Assembly (NCBI GenBank): GCA_964016885.1
Contig: OZ024743.1
Span: 314,030,001 to 314,094,000, forward strand
DNA: 64,000 bases
Source: Eledone cirrhosa
Taxonomy: Eukaryota
Direction of reading: 5' to 3'
Every line of letters begins with the position of its first letter. Within the stretch, counting starts at the first letter, position 1. This document shows, piece after piece, positions 53,815 through 64,000 of this stretch. The translations under genes were made by a program, and so were the position numbers. The notes under the pieces are model-generated. The model saw only the letters and a list, made by a program, of their open reading frames with translations, was not told the DNA's origin and did not search any database.

Positions 53815-55238
53815 GCCGAATGATACGCTTAATTACATAAGTAAGCATTCCAACCATCCTGCCAGCATAACCAATAACCTGGTAAGAAACGTTTCGTTGA
53901 GACTTTCCCGTCTTTCCACCAACGAGCGTATTTTCGACGACCATTCCACTTATTACAATGAAGCTCTTGTCTACAAATGTAAGGTTGTAACACCCACGTC
54001 CCGTAGGGCCTACATAGGGTTAACCGCCAATAGATTCAAGCAGCGTCTTTACATGCATACCCATTCTTTTCGTTACACTCTAAGAAGGAATATGACGTCA
54101 CTTTCAGCTTATATCTGGAGTCTAAAAGACAACCACACCCAATATAAGTTACACTGGGAGATCCTAGCGTGGGCTAGATCGTATAACGGAAATAAAAGAC
54201 CATGTGACCTCTGCGCCGCTGAGGCTCTGGAAATACTCTACGCCACAGACCACATCTTAAACAAAAAATCTGAGGCAATTTCGGCTTGTAAACATAAATT
54301 GCACAAACCTTTCCTGTATTTCAGCCCACGTTATATTTTGTGAAGGTTCGTATACCTTCTCGTACGTATATTTGATTGTTATGGCGTATAATTTTTTTAT
54401 ATATTCTGGTACATATGGTTCGGCTATGTGTATACGGGAGTTTTGCGTCTGTGTGAGTATGCAGGTTCGTACATATGTAGTGCATGTGTATATGTGTACG
54501 TCATGTTTTGGTTGACTTACGTCTCCGAACATTCGTGTATTTACATGTAGGTATGTGTGTGCGCTTGTTATATACGTATTTATTTATTTATATACGTTTA
54601 TATAATTATTAATTTATTTGTATACACGCACACACACACACACACACACACATATTTATATGTGCGTGGTTTTGTTTACCTATGGTAAGTTTTTGCGTAT
54701 GCTTGTGTATGTACGTTTCTGTTTGCGTGTATGTATTTATTTATTTTTATTACTTCTGTATTGTATTTATTTACTTTGTTCTTAACTCCGTAGCGGAGAT
54801 TCATTCGGTCTCCTAGTTAGAATTTAGTCTACGACTTCTGCTATACCATATACGTGGTTTTGTCTTTGCGTGCTATTGTTCTCCACGTTCCACATATGAC
54901 GTATTATCTTCGTTTTTTTCGTTCATCGCCAGAGAACGTCTCTATGCACCACCTAAGAGAACATTAGTCTACGACCTCTATTATACAATAAACGTGGTTC
55001 GTCTTTGCGCGTAATTGTTTTTCACCGCTCCTATTAATGACGTATTATATTCGTTTTTTCCCGTTCTTAGCCAGCGAACGTTTCCACGAACCAAAGTATC
55101 GTCTTCCTGTCTTCCTCCGGTTGCAACGTTCTTTGAAATATCCAGTTCTGCGTTTACAGATTGACTTTGTTAGTTTCAGAAGATCCCGTTAAGGGTGAAA
55201 GCAGCGATTCTTTGCTTAAACTTTAATCTGTTATTTTA

Positions 55239-55245
<7 letters not shown>
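53815..55245 (+). mobile_element. PLE (Naiad-like) 3' part, right arm, internally deleted, with 3' UTR/pLTR
   Basis: ORF 53897-54343 joins YYNEAL directly to VYKCKV..YIGLT. 54340-55120 mirrors 49791-50580. A second copy of the pLTR end lies at ~55690-55865. Confidence 0.88.
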
Positions 55246-55311
<66 letters not shown>

Positions 55312-55861
55312 AATATGGGTTGAGGAAGACGAGGCTGTGTGGTTACTGATAACGAGTGTTAGAAGGTAAGGTGACACAAAAAAGAAATGAAAAGTTTCCC
55401 TTCGTCAGCTATTTACTACCGATAGAAGGGGATCGGTACGTTTACTTCGTTTTTACCTTTTTTTTCTTCCTCCATTTTTTCTCTCTTTCTCTCTCTTCGC
55501 TATCACATCTTTCTCTCATGGCTTTTTGATAGATAAATGGTCAAGGGGGCGCTATGGATCGATGTTCTGTTTATAATGCGCCGAAATATCTATGAACCGT
55601 AGTAAACAGCTGACGAAGGCAAACTGTCCATCTCTTGTTTGTGTTGCCTTACAATTATATATATATATCTTTGCTTTTTTTCCAGTTCATTGCCAGGGAA
55701 CGTCTTCACTAACCAAAGTATCGTCTTCCTGTTTTCCTTCGGTTGCAACGTTTTTCGAATTACTTCAGCGATCACATATTGATTTTTTTTAATTTCAGAA
55801 GATCCCGTTAAGGGTGAAAGCAGCGATTATTTGCTTAAACTTTAATCTGTTATTTTAATAA

Positions 55862-55922
<61 letters not shown>

Positions 55923-56093
55923 AATAAAAAAGAAAACTTTTTTTCGCTTTACATGGCTGAATACAATAAATGTAATCTGAGTTTTTCGAATATTAATAAT
56001 AACATTCGATCCGTTTGCAATTATGCAAACAAGCCTCAATTTTATAGCCATGTCAGTAGAATGAACCCTTCATTCTTGCTCTTGTGTTGGCAT

Positions 56094-56158
56094 GTGAACA
56101 GAACTGCAGACACTAATGTTTCTGGGTATCACCTTCATCAGTACACCTCACTGTTCAC
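56094..56158 (-). ncRNA. Hammerhead ribozyme, canonical core, long bulged stem I
   Basis: Minus strand GTGAACA GT GAGGTGTA-CTGATGA-A GGT GAT ACCC A-GAAAC-ATTAGT-GTC-TGCAGTTC TGTTCAC. Confidence 0.82.
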
Positions 56159-56675
56159 CTGCCAAACTGTCAGAGCTAGTGAAAATATATGCTATTTTCA
56201 AAAATACACAGTGACTGATCCGCTTGATTTTAATATTAGCAGACCAGCTGATCAGTCAGATCTGCATATTAACAGATCCACTGATCAGCCAGATTTGCAT
56301 ATAAGCAGACTGGCCAGTCAGTTTCCTGTATACGAGCGTTAAATGGCCGGCTTTGCCAAATTCAAATAAAAAAGAAAACTTGTTTCGCTCTACATGGCTG
56401 AATACAATAAATGTAATCTGAATATTAATAATAACATTTGTTATATTCAGTTATGTAGAGCGAAAAAAGTTTTCTTTTTTATTTGAATTTGGCAAAGCCG
56501 GCCATTTATCGCTCGTATACAGGAAACTGACTGGCCAGTCTGCTGATATACAAATCTGGCTGATCAGTGGATTTGCTAATATGCAGATCTGACTGATTAG
56601 CCAGTCTGCTAATATGCAAATCAGGACGATCAGTCACTCTGTATTTTTGAAAATAGCATATATTTTCACCAGTAG

Positions 56676-56741
56676 GTGAACAGTGAGCTGTACTGATGAA
56701 GGGTGATACCCAGAATCATTAGTGTCTGCAGTTCTGTTCAC
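56676..56741 (+). ncRNA. Hammerhead ribozyme, inverted copy with a GAAAC-to-GAATC mutation
   Basis: GTGAACA GT GAGCTGTA-CTGATGA-A GGGT GAT ACCC A-GAATC-ATTAGT-GTC-TGCAGTTC TGTTCAC. Confidence 0.72.
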
Positions 56742-56837
56742 ATGCCAACACAAGAGCAATAATGAAGGGTTCATTCTACTGATATGGCTATAAAATTGAG
56801 GTTTGTTTGCATAAGTGCAAACAAATCGAATGTTATT

Positions 56838-57017
56838 TGGCAGTATCGGTAGAGGGTCGGACGCCATGCTTTCCAGCATAGTTACGTCCCTTTACGATCT
56901 GAGTTCAAATCCCGCCGAGGTTGACTTTGCCTTTCATCCTTACGGGGTCGATAAAATAAAGTACCAGTAATGCACTGGGTGATTGCTGGCCTTGTGCCTA
57001 AAGTAGAAACAATTATT
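56838..57017 (+). mobile_element. tRNA-derived SINE inserted into the 442-bp unit
   Basis: tggcagtatcggtagagg..gagttcaaatcccgccg..gcctttcatccttacggggtcgataaaataaagtacc, flanked by ttatt on both sides. Confidence 0.9.
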
Positions 57018-57419
57018 AATATACGAAAATCTCAGATTACATATATATGCAAGTATACGAATGAATCAAATATTAGACAGATTTATCTTGTTTCGACATA
57101 AAGTTAATGATAATATCTATTAATTTATACACAGTGCTGGACTTCTGCGAATCATATTCATAATATATGAACGACATACTGCTCTTTAACAGATTATATT
57201 CTCCAACAGACAGCAAAACAGTTTAATCGTTGCTCCAGTCAAATAGTAATATTTTCATATCTAAGAATCTGCCGTTAACACTGTCAGCATTACTAAATCA
57301 CTTACATTGGTCTTATACTTTGTACAATTTATAGTACTATCATGCTGGACTTGCAGCTCAAGTGAATCATTTGAACATTCTAAAGTGTAAAGTCTGTCTT
57401 AAGCCAGAAGGCTCATTTG

Positions 57420-57545
57420 TCCTGTGCTTATCCCGGTGTCATGGCGTCAAGTGACTGAGAGTACAAGACTCCCACCTGGACTGAACGCCAGTCCATCGCA
57501 GGGTTAAACCTCCAGCTATTGCTGGTACTCATTTTCAGCTGAGGA
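57420..57545 (-). mobile_element. Fragment of a different SINE family (V-domain-like)
   Basis: Minus strand aatgagtacc...ccctgcgatggactggcgttcagtccagg. Confidence 0.5.
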
Positions 57546-57788
57546 ATTGGTCACTACATCTCTCTCGGGCCTTACGGGTCCATATCATACCATAACAAGC
57601 ATTTTATAATCCAAATGAAATATCTTGAATAAAATCATTGTTTTAGAACATTTTCTCAACTCCTTTTTTGTCCTACTTGTGTGTTCCATGAATTCTAAAG
57701 GAACATTTTAAAACGTCTTTTGAGGTCATAACGTTCCTGTAAACGTCGCTCAAAGGAATACAATACACTACACTTATCATTATTCACT

Positions 57789-57993
57789 ATGGATTGGTAG
57801 TATCGGTAGAGGGTCGGACGCCATGCTTTACAGCAAAGAGTTACAATTATTTATTCATTATTTATCCTTTACGGACTGAGTTCAAATCCCGCAAAGGTTA
57901 ACTTTGCCTTTCATCCTTCCCGGGTCGATAAAATAAAGTACCAGTAATATACTGGGATAATTGCTGGCCTTGTGCCAAAAGTAGAAACAATTA
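57789..57993 (+). mobile_element. tRNA-derived SINE with Nin-type domain
   Basis: Same consensus as 56838-57017. Confidence 0.85.
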
Positions 57994-58877
57994 TGCACTA
58001 TGCAGAAAATAAATACACCAGAGACGTCATCCATATGAAACGCAATTGTTATCTTAAGGATATATATCATTAGAATAAAATATTTCACTGAAATGTATAA
58101 CTTTGAGAACATTGACATAAAATTCTACAAGAAAATAAACGAGATGTCATCTAATATCTGTATCTTCACTTTACGTTCTGAGTTCAAATTCCACATAGGT
58201 ATTCAAAGGCGATCGATGGCAAGAGCTAGGCAACTGATTACGGAGCTGCAACTGATTATGAAGAACTCACTAACTGAAGGAGGACTGTGATCATTTGATA
58301 CTTCAGTCAATCTATGATGATGAAGAATATCAATGAACAGAACAATGAAAGGTTCTGATTTTAGCCACAAAATAAAAATGCGTCCACTCAGCACCAGGTC
58401 ACTGCTAGAAACGTCAACAACAAATGCACTGTGGACACATTTTATTTTTCTCTGCCTCTGATCTGTCTGTCTATCCATTGCACAAGTCGACTATTTTACG
58501 CGGTACTTTCAGTTAAATCATGTGAAACTGGAGCCAGTCTAAAAGCTGGTGATGTATATTGATGTTTGTCTGATCTTCTCTCGTACATTTTCTTCCTTTT
58601 CCTCTTTTTCCTAACACTTCTTCGGGCCAACTCACTTCTAGCGACTGATTTCTCTCCTTTGAGGTAAATTTTACCTGACGCTGTCATTGACAGCATTTTA
58701 CGGTTTTAACAGCTTCCTTGCTTTCAGTCCTACTCATTTATTTACAAATTCTAATACACTCGTGCTTCCAACTGGATATTTGAGATACCCCCCCCCCCCC
58801 CCTCACACACACACAACACACACATATATATATATATATAGATAGATTAGGTTTTCGTCACTGCCCCTCATATATAT

Positions 58878-58958
58878 ATGGAAAACGAAGAATAAGTGAT
58901 GCATTGGAACACAATTTATTAGGTAGAACAATTGTTTCTCCGAAGGAGCATAGAGTGG

Positions 58959-58996
<38 letters not shown>

Positions 58997-59125
58997 TAGT
59001 AAGGTTGTTTGGTTGCCTCCATAGACGGTATGCCGGTTGAGCACTCTATGCTATTTCGGAGAAACAATTGTAATACGTAATAAATTGTGTTCCGATGCAT
59101 CACTGATTCTTCGTTTTCCATATAT
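58878..59125. repeat. Small inverted repeat, ~85-bp arms, related to 10450-10570
   Basis: ggaaaacgaagaat...ccgaaggagcatagagtg is mirrored by cactctatgct...ttcttcgttttcc. Confidence 0.8.
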
Positions 59126-59175
59126 ATATATATGTTGTGTTCGGTAATTCCGAAAGAAATATATATATAAGAAAG

Positions 59176-59246
<71 letters not shown>

Positions 59247-59249
<3 letters not shown>

Positions 59250-59970
59250 GGCCTACCTTATCGAGATCTTTGCTACTCATTCCTAAATGTAGGTCGATTT
59301 TGCTTGGCCGCAGGGAAAGCTTCGATTTTACTAAGCTTCTACTTGTATTATTATCTCCTAGACCTAATAATTAATTAATTAATTTAATTAGACAATTCTG
59401 TTTATTGGTTAATTATTTATGTTTTTTTTAATAACGTCTAGTCGATAGCTTTTATTCGGAATGTTGAGAGGAATTATTTTCCTTTGTTAACACTTTAAAT
59501 TTGCCCGCCAAAAACCGGGGGTTACTTCCCCTGTTGGAAATAACACGTGACAACAAAAGACTGAATACTGTCTATTGTAGCAGTACTCCTGAGTTACAGT
59601 TCACAACGGCTTGAGTCGTAGAACGAAATACCAGTCGATTACGTGAATTGCCTGTTCGATCACAGAATACCACAAGCTTACGTATTATGTCAGCTGGATT
59701 GATGATTTTGAATTCATAGAAACATATCGGACGTATTGCAGAATATCGTTCGATTTGTCTGGGTCTGTTGTCTAACATGATTAATTATTTCGTTGTTTTG
59801 GTATTGTATGGCTGGGTTTTGCCTGCCGCAATGTTCAATTTGTCAAGCTATCTAAATGTATGTTATTACTGAAAGGGCCTATCTTATTGAGTGCTTTGCT
59901 ACTGATTCCTAATTGTAGGTCGATTTTGCTTGGCCGCAGCCAAAGCTTCTATTTTACTAAGCTTCCACTC
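59247..59970. repeat. Partial tandem unit, ~625-bp period
   Basis: aagggccta...ttttactaagcttc occurs at ~59247-59343 and ~59872-59969, bounded by (TA)n. Confidence 0.75.
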
Positions 59971-60001
59971 GCATATATATATATATGTATCTATCTACGT
60001 T

Positions 60002-60525
60002 TGTATACATATATGTATGTACGTGTACATACTTATATTAAAGTAACAGCCGTACTAAGAGTGGGAAATGAAATTTCGTTTCATTTTTTCCGTTTATCGT
60101 TTTCGGTGCACCCGGCCGATTAACCCACTCGATATGCAAATTGTGCTACTCAGCCGTTAATATGCATAAGGAAAGTATATACTTTCAGACGTTCAACAAT
60201 CTGGCAGGAAGGTATACGTTGCTGACGATATCTAATAAGCTTGAAACTAGTACAGCGTTCTTTTGTCAGTGTTGAACAAACGAGCAACGATGGTTGCTAG
60301 ACACTACGGCTTAATACGGGATGTTTGTTTACAAACACACCAAGCATTATAATAAATGTTCGGAGAATCCACACATACATATATATATATATATGTGCAT
60401 GTATGTATATATATATACATACTACTGGACGTCTGTATACATATATGTATGTACGTGTACATACTTATATTTAAGTAACATCCATATTAAGAGTGGCAAA
60501 TGAAATTTCGTTTCATTTTTTCCGG
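60002..60525 (+). mobile_element. Partial tandem unit, 432-bp period, with an internal HHR
   Basis: tgtatacatatatgtatgtacgtgtac...atgaaatttcgtttcattttttccg occurs at 60002 and 60434. Confidence 0.72.
60216..60258 (+). ncRNA. Minimal hammerhead ribozyme, canonical core
   Basis: ACGTTG-CTGACGA-T ATC TAATAA GCT T-GAAA-CTAG-TA-CAGCGT. 6-bp stem I, palindromic ACTAGT, GUA triplet. Confidence 0.8.
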
Positions 60526-60526
60526 T

Positions 60527-60579
<53 letters not shown>

Positions 60580-60719
60580 CCAAAGATTAATATGGTTCAT
60601 TGATTACTCAATACATTTTTACAATAGATTAAAAGCACTCAACACAAAAGTTTTCCTGGATTATTTTATTATTCAAAATATTAACAAATGAAGATATTCA
60701 CATAATCAAAATATATGCT

Positions 60720-60777
60720 CTATTATATATATTTTGAAGGTACTGTGTTGTTTTTTTAGTACGTCCTCGTCAGATAA
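60720..60777 (-). ncRNA. Decayed hammerhead motif (G12A)
   Basis: Minus strand TTAT-CTGACGA-GGAC GTACT..AGTAC CTTC-AAAA-TATATAT-A-ATAG. Confidence 0.45.
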
Positions 60778-62029
60778 AATATATGATTTGATATATGACA
60801 TTCTTCTACGGTCTTGATATTTCAATTCCTGTATTGGCAGTGATTTATTTCATCAAATCACAACATTTATATACCACAAATAATAATACTATAAACTTAA
60901 AGAATAAAAGGACGTGGAGCGAATTGGAGATATAAGAGAGGGTGTAAAGAGGAGGGAGGCAATAAAAAAAAAATACATAAATAAATATTTAAATAAATAA
61001 AAATAAATAAATGGATGGATGAATAGAGGAAGAAATATATATAAAAAAAAGGAGAAATAACGACAAAAGAGAGGGAACATAAAATATAGGGGGATAGATA
61101 GAAAAAACGTTGTTTTCAAATATTAGGTCAATTGAGGCAACTAATCAATTACCATAAACCATTGAATATCTCTTGTATTTGATTATGGTTAAGCTAATTA
61201 TACTTATATATTATATCAAAATTAATCAATATACATTAGTTTTTATAGCCGTCACATAATTAGTTAAATTAAAAATTTATATAATTTAATTTAACTCATT
61301 ATAGATTATAATTTTTGGTTTAGGTAATATATTCCTTAAGTATTTTGTTACAACTTTAAAGAAAAATTTTATCTTTAAAGCAAATTTAAATAACTATTAA
61401 ATATGCATTAAAATGTATATTAAAATACATGCATGTATCACCATCAATATATATAATATATTAAGATCATTTTTTATCCGAATTATTTAATTTAAATAGG
61501 ATATTCTCTTTATAAAATCATTTCTATCCTTTAATTACCACATAATTACAGGATTAAATTGCAGTTACATTTACTCTCAACAGTTTTATTTCTTTAATTT
61601 ATATTTACTTCTGTAATTACATATTATTCTGTAATTACATTTCCTTTTAAAGATATTCTTATATTATTAAACTACATAATTCATGTGAAATATAATTTAG
61701 CAAGCTATTCAAACAGAGTAAAACTATTTACAAAGAATGTAAACAAAAGGAAGATAACTCATTCACCATATGTAAACATTTAAACCATGTATCTACTCTG
61801 AAATCTAGTGATATTTCTAAACTATGAATCAACAATTGTCTAGTTAAATATCGAACTGTCCTAATCAAAACATAGGATACAGAGACTCTTAATAAAATTA
61901 TTCTAATAGATAAAACATCAATAAATTATTACCTCAGTAAGGCAAAAATTATATATATATATTTTTTAAATTATTAATTGTCAATATTTTTTCGAAACTT
62001 GTACAGTGCCTGGCATGTTTTACCGAATT

Positions 62030-62991
62030 TATGTTAGCGGCTTCTGAATAATTCATTTTTCTTGTTAATTAAATTGTCATAATTTGTAATTATCAATAGA
62101 GTCTCAAGATTGCAAAGATTGCAATTTAGCGAAATGGATGCGTTCTGATAGGAATTGGCATTCTAATAATAAAATTGACTATTATAACAGCAACTTGAGG
62201 AATAAATCGGGGAAAAAAATGAGAATTAGATCTATAATTTGGTATGTTCCGCCAGTATCTTTAGCTATTAAAACACATTTAGCACACTTATTTTTTAAAG
62301 CCTTGGATAAATGTTTCCCTAGATCACATACATATTACTCTATCTTCAATCGACACGCAGTTAAACTCTCTCATTCAACAACTATGAATATTGCTCAAAA
62401 TATATCAAAAATAAATAATAAAAATCTTAATTTGAACCTACATATAAATAGCGATAATAACAATAATAATAATAATACATTAGTTATTGGGAATAACAAT
62501 AATAATAGTTTAAATATGAATAATAGTAGAACACCTTTAAATAATAATAACAATATGAATAGTTTAGGTTATAGAAATAACATCGAGAAGAAATGAAACT
62601 GTAGAAAGAAGTCAGAATGTCACTTACAAAATAACTGCCTTGACAAGAATCTACTTTATAAATGTACCATTAAGACAAATGATAATATATATAACTACAT
62701 TGGTGCCACTTCATCTAAACTTAAGGTTCGTTGGTACAATCATAAACATTCATTTTCTAAACGAGATAACAATTTTCAACTTCACTCTCACAATTAATAT
62801 GGTCTTTGAAGGACAAGAATATTAAATACTCCATCTCTTGGACTCGGTTAAAGAATGCCAATTCCTCTCGGAAAGCATCCATTTCGCTAAATTGCAATCT
62901 TTGCAATCTTTGCAATCTTGAGATTCTCTTGATAATAATTACAAATTATTACAATTTAATTAACAAGAAAAATGAATTATTCAGAAGCTGA
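62030..62991 (+). pseudogene. AT-rich PLE (Naiad-like) linker and GIY-YIG relic, preceded by an inverted copy of its own 3' end
   Basis: IIWYVPP..FFKALDKCFP..IFNRHAVKLS, *NCRKKSECHLQNNCL..LLYKC..YIGATS..RWYNHKHSF, IWSLKDKNIKY, CNLC and LINKKNELF motifs. 62040-62163 mirrors 62853-62988. Confidence 0.85.
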
Positions 62992-63208
62992 GAATTATTC
63001 AGCACTGAGAGCCGGAACGAACATCAAATTCTCTCTGATATTCTAAGGGATCTGTCAGTTCCCAGCCTGAACAGTAACAAAGATAAAGACTATAAATGAA
63101 CAACAGTATCATACATTGATATTATGTTAGTAGCAGAATCAAAAAATACTATCGTGACTAAACAAACTTAGTTGTTGCTGTTATATGTAATATATGTATA
63201 ATTGAGAT

Positions 63209-63315
63209 ATTCAGCTGCCACTTCTTGACAATTTAACAATTGGTGAAGATGTAATATATACATATAATATTACATCTTCACCAATTGTTAAATTGTCAAG
63301 AAGTAGCAGCTGAAT
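63209..63315. repeat. Hairpin palindrome, 49-bp arms with a 9-nt spacer
   Basis: attcagctgccacttc...gtaatat / atattac...gaagtagcagctgaat, with one mismatch. Confidence 0.9.
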
Positions 63316-64000
63316 TCCTCACAAAGCACACTACCGTTCCAAAATATAGAAAGAACACATATCATAACTAAAGTAATCCAACAGATTTTTAAAATTACAG
63401 GTTGGTCACATTTGGAATAATTTGATCATACGTCGTCTTACTCATAGTTCACCCAGGACAGACATAAAATAACAATAACAAAATCAACGTTCGTAGCTTT
63501 CTTCGAAATGGCTTCGGAAGCATTTAGTCGTCGAATTAATAAACAGCAACGAGGACATAAGCATCGCTGAATGGGTACGAATTTCACCATACAATGAAGT
63601 CTAGAATTCTATCCAAACTTTTCATATTTTCTGCAAATTTATTTACCATAACCTTGGCTAGCCCCAAGCATTTTGAAGGAAATGTGGATGACTGAAATTG
63701 TGTGGAAGCCTGTCGTATACACTGTACCAGTAATTCACATGTCCAGTCTTGTCTCACATTGTGTCACTCTGAGTCGGCCTGAGAATGATGTTAATGCTAC
63801 ACGTGTCTGTGGAATACACAACTAACACCTTAATTTCCATGTCGGACGTTCTGTTGAAGGAACGACTACATGTCCATCGTTGAATTCGACGGAGGATCCA
63901 TCAAATTCAAACGCTCTTCGAAATTCTGTTTTCGGAATTCATATAATGTGATACAATTTTTGTCTTTGCCAATAGTTCATTTCCATTTTAAGTTTCAATT

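Larger units (their letters stand above)
55921..57043. mobile_element. 442-bp non-coding unit: ~1.2 tandem copies plus an inverted copy, HHR-bearing (retrozyme-like)
   Basis: caaataaaaaagaaaact occurs at 55921 and 56363. 56441-56837 is the reverse complement and resumes after a SINE at ~57018. The unit has internal ~33-bp subrepeats. Confidence 0.88.

Noticed and set aside
55174-55212. CAGAAGA-TCCC GTTAA GGGT-GAAA at the Naiad-like pLTR end (again at ~55796)
   Set aside because: The position and stem II fit an HHR, but U4 is A and I find no A15-U16 pair, NUH triplet or stem I. I did not count it. It is worth rechecking against a family consensus.
55365-55655. CTGACGA motifs in a short inverted repeat
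   Set aside because: The potential stem II is followed by TAC rather than GAAA in both copies.
56258-56330. 33-bp periodic repeats as a CRISPR-like array
   Set aside because: There are no unique spacers and the context is eukaryotic. They are subrepeats of the 442-bp unit.
58496-58696. Basic ORF (RRSVRKKRKRKK..Y.S.AF) resembling a DNA transposase C-terminus or an NLS-bearing exon
   Set aside because: It is short, with no catalytic motif, TIR or convincing splice context.
62989-62991. Second TGA aligned with the Cys of the terminal CxH motif
   Set aside because: It sits at a rearrangement junction (duplicated gaattattcag), and the inverted copy has CGC there, which points to an ancestral TGC.
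63225-63250. TTGACAA-T TTAA CAA TTGG T-GAAG as another U3-A8 hammerhead
   Set aside because: It has GAAG instead of GAAA, a weak stem II and no stem I partner.

Overview
This is AT-rich, microsatellite-dense eukaryotic DNA in which I could not support any host-gene exon. Most short ORFs in the track are (TA)n/(CA)n artefacts. The abundant Nin-domain tRNA-derived SINE resembles the common octopus SINE, so a cephalopod source is likely (inference). The window consists mostly of retroelements: at least four Penelope-like element (PLE) families in tandem or inverted arrangements, two decayed Tx1/L1-type LINEs, R4-, CRE- and RTE-clade LINE fragments, about a dozen SINEs, and a non-autonomous LTR element with a tRNA-Trp primer site. 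The main hidden layer is RNA structure. By eye I found 24 type I hammerhead ribozyme (HHR) motifs in about 14 sequence families. Many sit in fold-back repeats or in short non-coding partial-tandem units of about 306, 432, 442 and 708-725 nt that resemble retrozymes. They include an HHR with a ~77-nt loop II supported by compensatory base changes between two subfamilies, four families with a U3-A8 core, and two with U4C plus A6 substitutions. Other leads are a PBS extending past tRNA m1A58 with a mismatch exactly at that position, UGA codons at conserved Cys positions in two PLE relics, and intron-like signals in a pLTR and between Tx1 ORF1 and ORF2. Coordinates were read manually, and repeat boundaries may be off by a few to tens of bases.
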